Below are positions 200,493-212,650 of a stretch of DNA of 248,000 nt, in pieces. The stretch covers positions 20,001 through 268,000 of the forward strand of contig NZ_JMCB01000001.1 in assembly GCF_000737315.1 (NCBI RefSeq). Direction: 5' to 3'. Source of the stretch: Hyalangium minutum. Lineage in GTDB: Bacteria; Myxococcota; Myxococcia; Myxococcales; Myxococcaceae. The first letter of the stretch is position 1. The number at the start of each line of letters is the position of its first letter. A program made the position numbers and the translations under genes. Below the pieces are notes generated by a model, which saw only the letters and a program-made list of their open reading frames with translations, had not been told where the DNA came from and made no database searches.

Positions 200493-201101
200493 ATGCGCCC
200501 CCGGTTGGCGGTGGCAAGCGCCCCTGCCCCTACAGATGAGGAGCTGTGCCGAGCCTTCCTGGATGGGGACGAGGCCGCCTTTGGCGTGCTGGTAGAGCGA
200601 TATCGCACCCTGGTCCTCTCGCTGGTCCGCCGCTTCGTCCCCCGGCCCGAGGACGCGGCGGACCTGGCGCAGCAGGCCTTTTTGAGGGCGTTGGAGGCCT
200701 CGCACCGCGTCTTCCTGAACTGGAAGTGGACGAGCTCCACCCCCTTCCGCTCCTGGCTGGTGCGGATTGCGCTCAACCTGGCGAAGAACCATGCGCGCCA
200801 GGGGAACCGCTGGCGCACCGCCCTGCTGACAGAGGTGGAGGATGCCTCGGCGGACCCGGGCGAGTCCCCCCAGGAGCGGCTGGAGCAGCAGGAGCGCGAG
200901 CGGCGCCTCCAGGCTGCGGTGATCGCCCTGCCCCGCCGCCAGCGCGAGGTCCTCACCCTCCGGGTGGATGCGGACCTGCCCTTTCGAGACATCGCCGAGA
201001 CACTCGGCATCACCGAGAACAATGCCAAGGTGCAGTTCCACCACGCCGTGAAGCGCCTGAAGGCGGAGGTGGCTGGCGCGCCAGAGGAGACGGACGAATG
201101 A
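200493..201101 (+). CDS. ECF sigma factor
   Basis: AFGVLVERY; FRSWLVRIA.N; region 4 HTH. Confidence 0.9.
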   Translation: MRPRLAVASAPAPTDEELCRAFLDGDEAAFGVLVERYRTLVLSLVRRFVPRPEDAADLAQQAFLRALEASHRVFLNWKWTSSTPFRSWLVRIALNLAKNHARQGNRWRTALLTEVEDASADPGESPQERLEQQERERRLQAAVIALPRRQREVLTLRVDADLPFRDIAETLGITENNAKVQFHHAVKRLKAEVAGAPEETDE

Positions 201102-201646
201102 ACGCGTGCCCCGAGTACGAGGAGCTGCTGACGCTCCATGCCACCGGAGCGCTGGAGGCCCAGGACGAAGCTCGCGTCCGCGCGCACCTGGCCTCTTGCA
201201 CCGCGTGCCGAAGTGAGGCCGAGTCGACCGCGCGCCTCCTCTCGACCGTGGCGCTGCCGGCGCCCTCGCCAGCAATGCGGCAACGAATGGACACGCTGCC
201301 TCAGCGGACGCTGGGGGCGTGGCGGCGCGAGCAGGTGCGCCAGGCCTTCCGGGCCCGGACCGTGGGCGCGATGCTGGCTGCGGCGGCAACGGTATTGCTG
201401 GTGGTGAGCCCGTCGCTGCGAGGCGCGGGTCAGCCCAAGGGAACCGTGGCGCTGCCGACCGCAGTCTCGCAGCAGGAGGCAGAGTCCGAGTCCGAGTTTG
201501 AGCAGTGGGCCGTCGCGGATCCGCTCGGCGATGAGCTGGACGCACTGCTGGCCGATGAGGACTTGGACGAGTGGGACGAAGACGCCGAGATGGAGCCGTC
201601 CGCGAGTGAGCTGTTCTTGAACCCGAACCTGGGAGAGATGCCGTGA
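201098..201646 (+). CDS. zf-HC2 anti-sigma factor
   Basis: HLASCTAC; single TM. Confidence 0.85.
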   Translation: MNACPEYEELLTLHATGALEAQDEARVRAHLASCTACRSEAESTARLLSTVALPAPSPAMRQRMDTLPQRTLGAWRREQVRQAFRARTVGAMLAAAATVLLVVSPSLRGAGQPKGTVALPTAVSQQEAESESEFEQWAVADPLGDELDALLADEDLDEWDEDAEMEPSASELFLNPNLGEMP

Positions 201647-202173
201647 TGAAGCCGATTCGAGTGGCAGTGCTGACCCTGGCCTTGTTGCCGATGGCCGCGC
201701 TCGCGGCGGATCCGAATGCCCAAGCCCAGGCCCAGGCCCAGGCCGAGCAACGGGCGGAGAAGCAGCTGCGCCTGGCGCGGGTGCTGGGACTCGCCGAGGA
201801 ACTGGAGCTGGACTCACAGCAGGCCCTGAAGCTGGACGAGACGCTGCGCAAGTTCGACGAGCGGCGCCGCCCGCTGCGCGAGCAGGTCCGCGAGTCGGCG
201901 GACATCCTCGAGCGAGCGGCCGACGGGGACACCGCGGCGCTGGGCCAGGTGGAGCAGGCGGCGCAGCACGCGTTCGATGCCAGGGCACAGCTGGCGGCGC
202001 TGGATCGGGAGATGTACCAGTCGCTCTCCCGGGATCTGCCGCCGCAGAAGCGGGCGAAGCTGGCGCTCTTCATGGCGCGCTTCGAGAACCGGTTCAACAA
202101 GAAGCTCCGCGGGGAGCTGCGCGAGAAGGTGAAGAAGATGAACCGGTTCCGCGCACTGGACAACCAGGGCTGA
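201643..202173 (+). CDS. Spy/CpxP-like periplasmic protein
   Basis: signal peptide; LELDSQQ..; helical. Confidence 0.6.
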   Translation: MMKPIRVAVLTLALLPMAALAADPNAQAQAQAQAEQRAEKQLRLARVLGLAEELELDSQQALKLDETLRKFDERRRPLREQVRESADILERAADGDTAALGQVEQAAQHAFDARAQLAALDREMYQSLSRDLPPQKRAKLALFMARFENRFNKKLRGELREKVKKMNRFRALDNQG

Positions 202174-202191
202174 GCCTCTCGGACCGGGCCG

Positions 202192-205100
202192 TCACCGAGC
202201 GGTGGCCCGGGCCTTGCGCTCCTCGCCCTGTGCGAACAGGGCCTTGAGCACGCGCCCGGTCGCCGTCTTCATCTTGCACAGCTCCCGAGGCGTTCCCTCC
202301 GCCACGATGCGGCCGCCCTCCTCGCCTCCCTCGGGCCCCAGCTCCACAACGTGCTCCGCGGAGGCGATGACGGACGGGTGGTGCTCGATCACCACCAGCG
202401 TGTCTCCCCGATCCACCAGCCGCCCCAGGAAGGTGATGAGCCGGTCCACGTCGCCCAGGTGGAGTCCCGTGGTGGGCTCGTCGAGCACGTAGAGCGTCGG
202501 CTCGTGGCGCGAGTTCGCCGTCAGCTCCGCCGCCAGCTTGAGCCGCTGGGCCTCGCCGCCGGACAGCGTGTTGGAGCCCTGGCCCAACTGCAGGTACCCC
202601 ACACCGAGGTCCGAGAGGCACTCCAGCGGCGCGGCCACCTTGGGCAGCGCGCGGAAGACCTCCTTGGCCTCGTCGGCGGACAGCCGCAGCACCTCGCCGA
202701 TGGTGAGCCCGTGGTAGCGCACCTCGAGAGTGGCCGCATCAAAGCGGGCCCCGCCGCACACCTCGCACGGCGTCACCACGTCCGGGAGGAACGCCATCTC
202801 GTGGGAGATGGCCCCTTGCCCCTCGCATGCCGGGCACCGGCCTCCAGCGGCGGTGTTGAAGGAGAAGCGTGCCGGACCGAAGCCCCGGATCTTGGCCTCG
202901 GGAGTGGCGGCGAAGGCGCGGCGCAGCTCGTCCCAGATGCCGAGGAACGTCGCCGGCACCGAGCGCGGTGTGCGCCCGATGGGAGACTGGTCCACCGCCA
203001 GCACGCGGGAGATCGCCTCCACGCCGTGCAGCGATTCGAACGGCCCAGGCTTCGGCCCCACCAGTCCAAGCTTCTCGCGCAGCGCCGGGTACAGCACCTG
203101 GCGGATGAGCGTGCTCTTGCCCGAACCGGAGACGCCGGAGACGACCGTGAGCCTCCTGACAGGCAGCCGGAGATCGACGCGCTTCAGGTTGTTGGCGCGG
203201 GCACCCTTCAGCTCGAGCCACTTCTGGGGCTCTCCGCGAGTGCTGGGAGGGCGAATCTGCGAGGCCCGGAGCGCCTTCGCGGTCGGTGAGTCCTCCCGTT
203301 GCAGCACGTCCTCCGGAGCGCCCTCGGCGAGGATGCGCCCACCGCCACGTCCGCCCGTGGGCCCCAGATCGATGAGGTGGTCCGCCGCGCGGATGGTGTC
203401 CGTGTCGTGCTCCACCACGAGCACGGAAGACCCCGTGTCCACGAGCGCCCGGAGGTTGGACAGCAGCCGGTGGGTGTCGCGCGGGTGCAGGCCAATGGTG
203501 GGCTCGTCGAGCACGTACAGCGCCCCCGTGAGCCCCGCTCCGAGCTGTGCCGAGAGGCGCAGCCGCTGCATCTCGCCTCCCGAGAGCGTGGCGGCGGCGC
203601 GATCCAATGAGAGGTAGCCCAGCCCCACGCGATCGAGGAACTCCAGGCGCCGGACAAGCTCCTGGCGCGAGGGCTCACCGATGAGCGCCCGATCCCCACG
203701 GAACTTCCAGCCCTGGACACGCGCCAGCGTGGCGGTGACGGAGTTCTGCACCACCTCGTGGTACCGCGCGTTCTCCAACCTCACGGCGCGAGGCACCGGA
203801 GACAGACGCGAGCCCTGACAGGTACGGCACGGAGCGGTGTGGCCCTCGGCGATGGCCTCGGCGCCGCCCTCGACACCTGTGCCCTCACAGGCCTCGCAGC
203901 GCCCCTGCTTCGTATTGAAGGAGAACCAGCGTGGGTCCAGCTCCGGCACAGCGGTTCCACAGCGAGGACAGGTGCGCTCGGTGGACAGCAGCGTCTCGCC
204001 CTTGGCGCTCCGCACTTTCAGCGCGCCCTGGCCCCAGCCCAGCGCCCGATCGAACACAGGGCGAGGCAGCTTGGCCAGCTTGCCCTCGTACATGACGAGG
204101 TCGATGTCGTGCTCGCGTGTCTTCGTCAGCCGTGGCGGGTTGTCCGTGTTGGCGATCTGCCCGTCCACGATGGCCGTGGTGATCCCCGCGCGAGCCGCCG
204201 CCGCGAAGAGATCCAGGTACGTTCCCTTGCGAGCCCGGACCGCGGGAGCCAGCACGGTGCCGTCCCCCTTCGACTCGGTGAGCTGTGCGTACAGCGCATC
204301 CGGCGAGGTGGAGGCAATCGGCGAGTCATCGTTCGGGCAGTGCGGCTGGCCCAGCTTGGCGAACAGGAGGCGCAGGTAGTGAGCCACCTCCGTCACGGTG
204401 GCCACGGTGCTCGTAGCGCCCGCGCGCGAGGTGCGCTGCTCCAGGGCCACGGTGGGCGGGATGCTGCTGATGCGCTCCACGTCCGGCCGAGGCATGGTCG
204501 GCAAGAACTGCCGCGCATACGGCGTCAGCGTCTCCAGGAAGCGCCGCTGGCCCTCGGCAAAGACGACGTCGAACGCCAGCGAGCTCTTCCCCGAGCCGCT
204601 GGGCCCCGTCACCACCGTCATCTTCCCCAGGGGAATGCGGCAGGAGATCTCCTGGAGGTTGTGCTCGCGCGCATGCTCCACCTCGATGGCCGGGCTGCCC
204701 GCGGCGGCCTTCCGAGGCTTCGCTGGGCGCCGAGCCCCGGTGCTCTCCTCGCGCAGGGCCGCTGCGGTGAGACCTGAGCCCTTGGCCAACTCGGCGGGAG
204801 TGCCCTCGGCCACCAGACGCCCACCATGCCGCCCACCGCCCGGTCCCAGATCGATGATCCAGTCCGAGCCCCGCATGACGGAGAGGTCATGGTCCACGAC
204901 GACGACGCTAGCGCCCCGCCCCACCAACTCGTGCAGCGCCGCGAGCACATGGCGCACATCGAGCTCATGCAGGCCCGCGCTCGGCTCGTCGATCAGGAAG
205001 AGCGAGCCCTTGGCCTCACTCGCCAGCGCCCGGGCCAACTTCAGCCGCTGCGCCTCGCCCCCCGAGAGCGTGGAGAGCGGCTGCCCGAGCGACAGGTAGC

Positions 205101-207489
205101 CCAGGCCGAGCCGCGCCACGGGCCCCAGGGTGCGCTTCAGCGCGGTATCGTCCCCGAAGTGCTTCAGTACCTCGTCCACGGTGAGCTCCAGCACCTGCGC
205201 GACGCTGAAGCCCTGGTGCTGGACGGCGAGCACCTCCTCCTTGAAGCGCCGGCCCCGGCAGACGGCGCAGCGCAGCGCCACGTCCGCGAGGAACTGCATC
205301 TCCACCGTCTCGTAGCCCTCGCCCGAGCAGGCCTCGCAGCGGCCCTTGTCCACGTTGAAGGAGAAGTGGGCGGCGGTCAGGCCTCGCACCTCGGCCTCGG
205401 GCTCCGAGGCGAAGCGCTCGCGCAGCCGATCCCAGGCCTTGGTGTACGTGGCGGCATTGCCTCGCGAGGTGCGCCCCAGCGGCGACTGGTCCACGAAGGT
205501 GATGGACTTCACCGTCTCGGCGCCCTCCAGCGCGTCTACCGCCCCAGGGGCCTCGATGTCCTTCTCCCCCAGTCCGCGCGCCAGGTGCCGGTAGAGCACC
205601 TCGTCCATCAGCGTGCTCTTGCCCGAACCACTCGGCCCCGTGATGGCGCACAGCACTCCCAGCGGAACGCGCACCGTCAAACCCTGGAGGTTGTGCTCAT
205701 GGGCATTGCGCACGACCAGCTCCCCCGTGCGCTGCCGAGTCGTGCGCGGCGTCTCCTGCGTCCCCGCCAGGAGCTGACCCGTGGGAAGGTCCGTCCGCTT
205801 CGCCAGGGCCTCGGGCGGACCATCGAAGCACAGCTTCCCGCCGTGCTTGCCCGCGCCAGGCCCCAACTCCAGGACCCGGTGGGCGGAGCGGATGACGTGC
205901 TCGTCCTGCTCGATGACGAGCGTGACGTTCCCTCGCTCCGCCAGCTCGGCCATGGCCTCGGTGAGCGGGCGTACGTCGCTGGGGTGGAGGCCCACGGTGG
206001 GCTCGTCCAGGACGAAGAGGGCCCCCGTGAGCGACGTGCCGAGCGCCGCGGTGAGCGACACGCGCTGGGCCTCGCCTCCGGAGAGCGTCCGCGCGGGCCG
206101 ATCCAGCGTGAGGTAACCCAACCCCACACGCAGCAAGTAGCGGAGCCGGCTGGCCAGCTCCTTGCGCGCCAGCTCGCCCTGGCCGGTGGTGGTGCGCAGC
206201 GACTCCAGGCGCTCGCACGCGTCGGACAGCTCCAGCCGGTGCCAGGCCGCCAGATCCAGCCCCCCCACGCGGTACGCCAGGGCCTGCTCGTTCAGCCGAG
206301 CCCCCTGGCACTTCTCGCAGAGCGAGTACGCCCGGTAGCGCGAGAGCAGCACGCGCACGTGCATCTTGTACGTGCGGCTCTCCATCCATCGGAACCACGC
206401 GCGCACGCCGGGGTACGAGCGCCCATCGTGGTAGTCACCCTCGCCCTCCAGCACCATCTCCCGCTGCTCCGGCTGGAGCGAGCTCCACGGCGTGTCCAGG
206501 GGGATGCCCATGGCCTTGGCGTAGCGGTGGAGCATGTTGCGCTCCCATTCCGAGGTCTTCCCGGACCACGGCCGGATGGCCCCCTGCGCGAGGCTGAGCG
206601 AGGGATTGGGGATGACCTTGTCCCAGTCGATGCCGATGGTGCGCCCGAAGCCCCGGCACGTGGCGCACGCGCCCGTGGGGGACTGGTAGCTGAAGAGCCC
206701 CGGGCGTGCGGGCTCGAACTCACGCGCGCACTTCGGGCACACGAGGCCTCGGCGGATGCGCCGCGTAGCGCCACCGGGGAGGAACAGCATGGCCTCGCCC
206801 TCGCTGCGCGCCCACGCGTCCTCGACCGCCTGGGTAAGGCGGGAGAGCTGCCCCTGCGCCAGCTTCACGCGATCCACCACCACCTGGGCGACGCCCGCGG
206901 AGTCCGTCGCCTCGCTCGGCCGCAGCGCCTCCAGCTCCCGCACCTCGCCCTGCACCACGAGCCGGTGGTAGCCGTCCTTGAGCAGCCGGGCGCGCACATC
207001 GAGGAACTCGGCGGTGCCAGCAATGCGCACGGGCCACGTGAGGATGACCTGCGCGTCCGGGTGCTCGGAGATGGCCGCCGCTGCCGCCACGCGCGCGTCC
207101 GTCCGGACTGCCTCCACGCCACAGGCGGGACATACCGGCATGGCCTCCCGGGTGAAGAGCGCGGAGAGGTAGGCCTCCACGTCCGCCAGCGTGGCCACTG
207201 TGGAGCGCGAGCTCTTCACGGGGGCCCGGCGATCCACTGCCACGCCGGCCGCCACCGGCTCGAGCTGGTCCATGGGCGGCCGCTCCAGCCGCTCGAGGAA
207301 CTGGCGAGCGTACGGGCTGAAGCTCTCCACGAAGCGCCGCTGGCCCTCGGCGTAGAGCGTGTCGAGCGCAAGGCTCGATTTCCCGGCACCGGAGACCCCG
207401 GTGATGCAGACGAGCTCTCCTTCCGAGAGATCCACGGAGAGCGATTGGAGGTTGTGGGTACGGGCGCCTACAAGGTGCGTCTTATGCAT
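202192..207489 (-). CDS. uvrA: double-length excinuclease ABC subunit UvrA
   Basis: four NBDs (GVSGAGKSS etc.), Zn fingers. Confidence 0.9.
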   Translation of the reverse strand: MHKTHLVGARTHNLQSLSVDLSEGELVCITGVSGAGKSSLALDTLYAEGQRRFVESFSPYARQFLERLERPPMDQLEPVAAGVAVDRRAPVKSSRSTVATLADVEAYLSALFTREAMPVCPACGVEAVRTDARVAAAAAISEHPDAQVILTWPVRIAGTAEFLDVRARLLKDGYHRLVVQGEVRELEALRPSEATDSAGVAQVVVDRVKLAQGQLSRLTQAVEDAWARSEGEAMLFLPGGATRRIRRGLVCPKCAREFEPARPGLFSYQSPTGACATCRGFGRTIGIDWDKVIPNPSLSLAQGAIRPWSGKTSEWERNMLHRYAKAMGIPLDTPWSSLQPEQREMVLEGEGDYHDGRSYPGVRAWFRWMESRTYKMHVRVLLSRYRAYSLCEKCQGARLNEQALAYRVGGLDLAAWHRLELSDACERLESLRTTTGQGELARKELASRLRYLLRVGLGYLTLDRPARTLSGGEAQRVSLTAALGTSLTGALFVLDEPTVGLHPSDVRPLTEAMAELAERGNVTLVIEQDEHVIRSAHRVLELGPGAGKHGGKLCFDGPPEALAKRTDLPTGQLLAGTQETPRTTRQRTGELVVRNAHEHNLQGLTVRVPLGVLCAITGPSGSGKSTLMDEVLYRHLARGLGEKDIEAPGAVDALEGAETVKSITFVDQSPLGRTSRGNAATYTKAWDRLRERFASEPEAEVRGLTAAHFSFNVDKGRCEACSGEGYETVEMQFLADVALRCAVCRGRRFKEEVLAVQHQGFSVAQVLELTVDEVLKHFGDDTALKRTLGPVARLGLGYLSLGQPLSTLSGGEAQRLKLARALASEAKGSLFLIDEPSAGLHELDVRHVLAALHELVGRGASVVVVDHDLSVMRGSDWIIDLGPGGGRHGGRLVAEGTPAELAKGSGLTAAALREESTGARRPAKPRKAAAGSPAIEVEHAREHNLQEISCRIPLGKMTVVTGPSGSGKSSLAFDVVFAEGQRRFLETLTPYARQFLPTMPRPDVERISSIPPTVALEQRTSRAGATSTVATVTEVAHYLRLLFAKLGQPHCPNDDSPIASTSPDALYAQLTESKGDGTVLAPAVRARKGTYLDLFAAAARAGITTAIVDGQIANTDNPPRLTKTREHDIDLVMYEGKLAKLPRPVFDRALGWGQGALKVRSAKGETLLSTERTCPRCGTAVPELDPRWFSFNTKQGRCEACEGTGVEGGAEAIAEGHTAPCRTCQGSRLSPVPRAVRLENARYHEVVQNSVTATLARVQGWKFRGDRALIGEPSRQELVRRLEFLDRVGLGYLSLDRAAATLSGGEMQRLRLSAQLGAGLTGALYVLDEPTIGLHPRDTHRLLSNLRALVDTGSSVLVVEHDTDTIRAADHLIDLGPTGGRGGGRILAEGAPEDVLQREDSPTAKALRASQIRPPSTRGEPQKWLELKGARANNLKRVDLRLPVRRLTVVSGVSGSGKSTLIRQVLYPALREKLGLVGPKPGPFESLHGVEAISRVLAVDQSPIGRTPRSVPATFLGIWDELRRAFAATPEAKIRGFGPARFSFNTAAGGRCPACEGQGAISHEMAFLPDVVTPCEVCGGARFDAATLEVRYHGLTIGEVLRLSADEAKEVFRALPKVAAPLECLSDLGVGYLQLGQGSNTLSGGEAQRLKLAAELTANSRHEPTLYVLDEPTTGLHLGDVDRLITFLGRLVDRGDTLVVIEHHPSVIASAEHVVELGPEGGEEGGRIVAEGTPRELCKMKTATGRVLKALFAQGEERKARATAR

Positions 207490-207663
207490 GGAGGCCGCGT
207501 CATTTAACGGCTGGATTGGCTCTCGCCAAGCTTATCCATCAGGTTGGATCCCCAGGCGGACGGTGGCCTGCCTACTCCCTCGTCGAGGAGCCTCCCCATC
207601 CCAAAAGAAAGGGCCGCCACGCTCGCGCGTAACGGCCCTGGGAACTTCAGACCTCGGACTGGC

Positions 207664-210600
207664 CTAGTAGTAGTTGTAGGTCAGGCGCAGGTAGAAGTAG
207701 CGGCCCATGTAGTCGTAGGTCGACGCGTCCGAGGACGCGAGGAACCCGTTGGCCACCAGCACCGGCTTGGTGTTGAACAGGTTGTTCACACCGAACTGCG
207801 CGCCCGCGGTGCCGCTCTTCAGCTCCAGATCGTACGACACGTTCGCGTCGAACGTGTAGTAGTCCTGCACCATGCGGGAGATCGGCTGCACCGCGTTCGG
207901 ATCCGACTCGTCGAACTGGCAGCTGTTGAACTCGCACTCCTTGAAGCCGTTGATGAAGCGCATGTTCACCGCAGCGGCCAGCGAGTCCCTGGCCCAGTTC
208001 AGTCCCACGTTCGCGCGCCAGTTGGTGTATACGCCGTCCAGATCGTAGTTGCCCTTGGCCTTGATGACGTCTCCGTTGGCCAGCGTCCGGTCGAACTTCT
208101 GCAGCCAGGTCGCGTCCGCGCTCACGCCCACGCGGCCAAACGGCGTCTGCGGCGAGTAGCGGATGGAGAAGTCCAGGCCGCCCGTCTTGTCGCCACCCAC
208201 GTTGGTGAGCGGGTCGGAGATGTCCACGATGTAGCCGTCCGTGTCGCGAGTGATGCGCTCGCAGTACTGCGACGAAGCCGGGCCACCCGCCGAGTAGCAA
208301 CTGTTGAGGATCACGTCGGCGGTCAGGTTGGTGATCGCGTTGTCCACGTTGATCAGGTAGTAGTCCACCGTGGCGGTGACATCCTTCGCGAACCGCGGCT
208401 CGAACACCGCGCCCACCGTGAAGATCTCGGCGGTCTCCGGCTTCAGGTTGACGTTGCCGCCCAGCCGCGTGCGCTGCTGGCTGCGATCATCCGAGAAGTC
208501 TTCCGGAACCGCCTGCGCGTTGCAGACCGCATCCACCCCAGTGCCCGACTCGCGGTCCGAGCACGGGTCCACCACCTCCGGGAAGCCGTCCGTCTGGCCC
208601 AGGTAGAGCTCGTTCACGGAGGGCGCGCGGAAGGCCGTGGAGTACGTGGCGCGCAGCGTGAAGTCCGGGATCGGGCTCACGCGGGTGCCAAACTTGTACG
208701 TGAAGTCCGAGCCGAACGTGTTGTAGCTGAACACGCGCGCGGCGCCCGTCACTTCCACGATGTCCCGCAGCTCGTTCGTTTCGGGGTTGATCTCACCGAA
208801 GAGGGGCACGGACAGCTCGGCGTAGGCCTCGTTCACATAGAAGCGGCCCTCCGTGGAGTTCTCCTTGGTGCCCGTGGTGTCACCCGCGGCCGTCAGCGGA
208901 TCCGGAATGTAGGAACCACCCTCGCGGCGGTGCTCGTAACCGAGCGCCAGACCCGAAGAGTGCGCCGTCGGAGTGACCTTGAACAGCTCGCCCGCGAAAT
209001 TCGCCGACAGCGACGTCTGCTGGGTGAAGCCGCGCGTGGTGCCCCGGAAGCTCAGGTAGTCGGCCATCTCCTTGGAGATGGTGCCCTCGCCGCCGAACAG
209101 GTTCAGCGGGACGCAAGCATCCGGATCGATCGGAGCCTCGGGTGTGCCGCACACGGCCTTGCCCGACGCGTTCATGAAGCTCGGGCCGAGCGCCGCCGCC
209201 AGCCGGCTGAGCCGCAGCGTGCCCTGCTTGGTCGTGACGCCCTGCGTACGGCCGTAGTTGTAGGCCACATCCCAGTGCCAGTCCTGCAGCGCGCCGAAGT
209301 CCTGGTCCAGCTTGCCCTCCAGGCCGGTGACGACGCGGAAGGTCGTCAGGTCCTGTGCGTAGTCACGGGTGCCGAACTCATTCAGGCGGCGGCGAACATC
209401 CACGAAGTCACGGCCGAACGGGTTGTAGACGTTGCCCGCCGAGACGGTCAGCCCCTCGGTCGAGGTGAAGAGCGGCTCGGAGGCGAGCTTCTGCTTCGAC
209501 TGGCGGTTGGTGTAGCTGGCCTCGTAGAAGGCGCGAGTACCCGCTCCGAGCCGCAGACCGCCCGTGGTGTACAGGTGCGCGCGCTCCTGCGGCGTCACCA
209601 GGTAGTTGTCGGGCTGGTAGTTGAAGTAGTCACCCCCCGCGTCCTCCACGCCAATGGTGTTGAAAGGCCGGAACTCTCCCGTCCGCCGGTCGATCGTGAA
209701 GACGCTGGCGTCCGGGTAGCGCGCCGTCAGAGCATCCCAGGCCCCGTTGCCTCCCGTGGCGCCACGCGTGAGGAACACGCCCATCGGCGTGGACGAGCTG
209801 CCCTCCGTGGAAATCTGGCGCGAGGCGAAGTCGTAGAACGTGTCGTACTTGCTGAACTGCCGGTCCCCGGCGAACACGTCCTTCTGCGTGTAGTAGCCCG
209901 CGGTGAACAGGATGTTGCCGCGCTCGGTGCTCTGGCCCGTCGTCAGGCTCAGGTCATACAGCAGACCGTCACCGTGCGAGGACAAACCGGAGAACGCACG
210001 CAGCTCGGTGCCCGAGTAGTCCTTGCGGGTGATGATGTTCACCACGCCCGCGATGGCGTCCGAGCCGTACACCGCCGAGCCACCGTCTTTAAGGATCTCG
210101 ATGCGCTGGATGGCCGCGGTGGGGATGGAGTTCAGGTCCACCGTGGCATCGGCGCCCGTACCACCGGCCACGTGGCGGCGGCCGTTGAGCAGCACCAGCG
210201 TACGGCCCGTGCCCAGGCCGCGCAGGTTCACGCGCGTGGCACCGTCGCCGCCGTTGTTGTACTGCGTGTTGATGGCGTTGGACTGCTCCGGGAGGCTCTG
210301 GAGGATTTCACCGATGGACGTCTTGCCCGTCTTCTCGAGCTGCGCCTTGTCGAGCACCGTCACGGGCGCCGCCGTCGTCAGCTCCTTGCGCGGAATGCGC
210401 GAGCCGGTGACGACGATCTCCTCGATGTACTCCTCGGGCGGCGGCTCCTCGGCCGCAGGCGGCGGCGCCTTGGGGGCGGGCTTGAGGGCTGGCTTGGGGG
210501 CCGGCTTGGCCTGGGGCTGCGCGGCGGGCGCGGCCGGCTGGGCCTCCGGCGTTGCCTCGATGGGCTGCGGGACGGGAGTGGCGGGCTGAGCCGCGGCGGG

Positions 210601-210765
210601 CGCCGGAGGAGTGGCCTCCTGGACCGCCGGAGCCGCAGCAGGCGCCTCTTGCGCCGCAGCGACCCCGCCGGTCCCGGAGATGAGCACTGCCAGCGCCAAA
210701 ACTGTCTTCTTCCGAGCGGACTGCTTCGACACCTTGCACCTCTTGCTGGTGTGGTCTTGAGACAT
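207664..210765 (-). CDS. TonB-dependent receptor
   Basis: EEIVVTGSRI, LVLLNGRR, RIEILKDG; terminal YNY. Confidence 0.92.
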   Translation of the reverse strand: MSQDHTSKRCKVSKQSARKKTVLALAVLISGTGGVAAAQEAPAAAPAVQEATPPAPAAAQPATPVPQPIEATPEAQPAAPAAQPQAKPAPKPALKPAPKAPPPAAEEPPPEEYIEEIVVTGSRIPRKELTTAAPVTVLDKAQLEKTGKTSIGEILQSLPEQSNAINTQYNNGGDGATRVNLRGLGTGRTLVLLNGRRHVAGGTGADATVDLNSIPTAAIQRIEILKDGGSAVYGSDAIAGVVNIITRKDYSGTELRAFSGLSSHGDGLLYDLSLTTGQSTERGNILFTAGYYTQKDVFAGDRQFSKYDTFYDFASRQISTEGSSSTPMGVFLTRGATGGNGAWDALTARYPDASVFTIDRRTGEFRPFNTIGVEDAGGDYFNYQPDNYLVTPQERAHLYTTGGLRLGAGTRAFYEASYTNRQSKQKLASEPLFTSTEGLTVSAGNVYNPFGRDFVDVRRRLNEFGTRDYAQDLTTFRVVTGLEGKLDQDFGALQDWHWDVAYNYGRTQGVTTKQGTLRLSRLAAALGPSFMNASGKAVCGTPEAPIDPDACVPLNLFGGEGTISKEMADYLSFRGTTRGFTQQTSLSANFAGELFKVTPTAHSSGLALGYEHRREGGSYIPDPLTAAGDTTGTKENSTEGRFYVNEAYAELSVPLFGEINPETNELRDIVEVTGAARVFSYNTFGSDFTYKFGTRVSPIPDFTLRATYSTAFRAPSVNELYLGQTDGFPEVVDPCSDRESGTGVDAVCNAQAVPEDFSDDRSQQRTRLGGNVNLKPETAEIFTVGAVFEPRFAKDVTATVDYYLINVDNAITNLTADVILNSCYSAGGPASSQYCERITRDTDGYIVDISDPLTNVGGDKTGGLDFSIRYSPQTPFGRVGVSADATWLQKFDRTLANGDVIKAKGNYDLDGVYTNWRANVGLNWARDSLAAAVNMRFINGFKECEFNSCQFDESDPNAVQPISRMVQDYYTFDANVSYDLELKSGTAGAQFGVNNLFNTKPVLVANGFLASSDASTYDYMGRYFYLRLTYNYY

Positions 210766-210790
210766 GGATCAGGGCTTTCCGTGTGCGGGA

Positions 210791-211186
210791 TTAGAACGGC
210801 GCGAGCAGCGGCTCGCCTTTGAGGCAGTTCGGATCGAACTTCCCCGCCTCAAAGACGGCTGCGCAGTACGCGGTCATGCAGTCGACGAACTCCGTCTGCG
210901 CCTCCGCGCAGCCTGCGAATTCCGCGTCACAGATCGACTTGGAGTTCGACTCCCAGCAATCCAGATGCTTCTGGAAAGAGGCGTCGCAGCTCTGTTGTCC
211001 CGCTGCTACAGCGCGCTCGTTGAACTTCTCCACGTCGGCGCAGTACTCGGGGCAGTCGACATCCACCGCCCGCTCACTGACCGTGCACGCGTTGGCCTCC
211101 CCGCAAACGGCTTCGCACTTGCTGGAACAACCGGTGACGAGGCCCATCACCGCCAGCAGACCCGCTGTCCAAACCACAACTCTCAC
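210791..211186 (-). CDS. small Cys-rich lipoprotein
   Basis: lipobox VTGC; 10+ Cys. Confidence 0.6.
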   Translation of the reverse strand: MRVVVWTAGLLAVMGLVTGCSSKCEAVCGEANACTVSERAVDVDCPEYCADVEKFNERAVAAGQQSCDASFQKHLDCWESNSKSICDAEFAGCAEAQTEFVDCMTAYCAAVFEAGKFDPNCLKGEPLLAPF

Positions 211187-211328
211187 GCTGACCCCTCCCA
211201 GGGATTGTCTTGAAGCAAACGCATTGTGACTGTGACGAGATTGGAACGTCAACCCAGGGCGTCCATATCGGTCCTGATTGAACTCCAACCTCCGAAGTCC
211301 CTGCGCCTGGGAGTGTTCAGGCCACCTG

Positions 211329-212639
211329 TCAGGTGAAGAAACGCCGGAGCACGGCGATCATCGCCGCCACATCCGAGGCCGCGGCCAGCTCGCGGATGGA
211401 GTGCATGGAGAGCATGGGGCTCCCCACGTCCACCGTGCGGATGCCCAGCGCCGCGGCGGTGATGGGGCCAATGGTGCTGCCGCAGCCCAGGTCCGTCCGT
211501 GTCACGAAGTGCTGAGGCGTCACGCCCGCCTCCCGGCACAGCGCCGCGAAGAACGCCCAGGTCTCTCCATCCGTCGCATAAGACTGGTTGACATTGGATT
211601 TGATCACAGGGCCGCCGCCCATCAGCGGCTGATGCCTGGGCTCGTGGAGCGCGGAGTAGTTGGGGTGCACGGCGTGCGCCATGTCCGCAGACACCATGTA
211701 CGAATGGCGGATGGCACGGTGGAACGCATCCGCGCGCCCATCCGAGTGCCCCAGAACGAGGCGCTCCAGGCAGTCACGCAGGAAGGTGCCCGCGGCGCCT
211801 TGAGCGCTGCGGCTGCCCACCTCCTCGTGATCGTACAGGACGATGCCCGAGGTGGCCTCGCCCGCCTTCTCCATCGCCAGCAGCGAGGACAGCGCCGAGT
211901 AGCAGCTTGCCAGGTTGTCCAGGCGCGGCGCGTGGAGGAACTCGCCGTTCGCCCCCGAGCGCGTGGAGGGCTGCGTGTCATAGAGGCACAAGTCGTAGCC
212001 GAGGATGTCCCCTGCCTCGGCGCGGACATTGCCCGCCGCCAGTTCCTGCACCAGGAGCGCGCGCAGCTCCGCCGGGCCCGCCTTCTCCAGGCCCAGCACG
212101 GGGACCATGTGGTCCTGCGCGTTGAGCTTGAGTCCATCCGTGTTGACGGTGCGGTTGAGGTGGATGGCCAGGTTGGGCACGCGCAGCAGCGGGCGGCGGA
212201 AGTCCACCAGATGGCCCTCGGGACGGCCGCCGGAGAGCAGCATGACTCGGCCCGCCAGGGAGAGATCTCGATCCATCCACGTGCTCAGCAGCACCCCGCC
212301 GTAAATCTCCACGCCGAGCTGGTGGTAGCCCAGCTTGGACACAGCGGCGTTGGGCTTGAGGCGCAGGTTGGGCGAGTCCGTGTGCGAGCCCACCAGCCGG
212401 AAGCCAGCGCGATCCACGGGCGCCGTGCCCAGGTGGAACGCGGCGATGCTCGTGCCCGCGCGGGTGACGTACACCTTGTCTCCGGGCTGGAGCGTCCAGG
212501 GCTCCCGCTCGTCCAGCGCGCGGTAGCCAAGCTGGGTGAGGCGGCGGGCCGTCTCGCGCACCGCATGGTACGGGGTGGGCGAGGCGTCGATGTACGCAAG
212601 GATGTCCTTGGCCGTGGCGTCCGTGTCGATGGGGCTCAT
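211329..212639 (-). CDS. M18 aspartyl aminopeptidase
   Basis: HTDSP, RLDNL, HEEVGS, DMAHA, SMHSIRE. Confidence 0.92.
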   Translation of the reverse strand: MSPIDTDATAKDILAYIDASPTPYHAVRETARRLTQLGYRALDEREPWTLQPGDKVYVTRAGTSIAAFHLGTAPVDRAGFRLVGSHTDSPNLRLKPNAAVSKLGYHQLGVEIYGGVLLSTWMDRDLSLAGRVMLLSGGRPEGHLVDFRRPLLRVPNLAIHLNRTVNTDGLKLNAQDHMVPVLGLEKAGPAELRALLVQELAAGNVRAEAGDILGYDLCLYDTQPSTRSGANGEFLHAPRLDNLASCYSALSSLLAMEKAGEATSGIVLYDHEEVGSRSAQGAAGTFLRDCLERLVLGHSDGRADAFHRAIRHSYMVSADMAHAVHPNYSALHEPRHQPLMGGGPVIKSNVNQSYATDGETWAFFAALCREAGVTPQHFVTRTDLGCGSTIGPITAAALGIRTVDVGSPMLSMHSIRELAAASDVAAMIAVLRRFFT

Positions 212640-212650
212640 GGCCCCGCAGG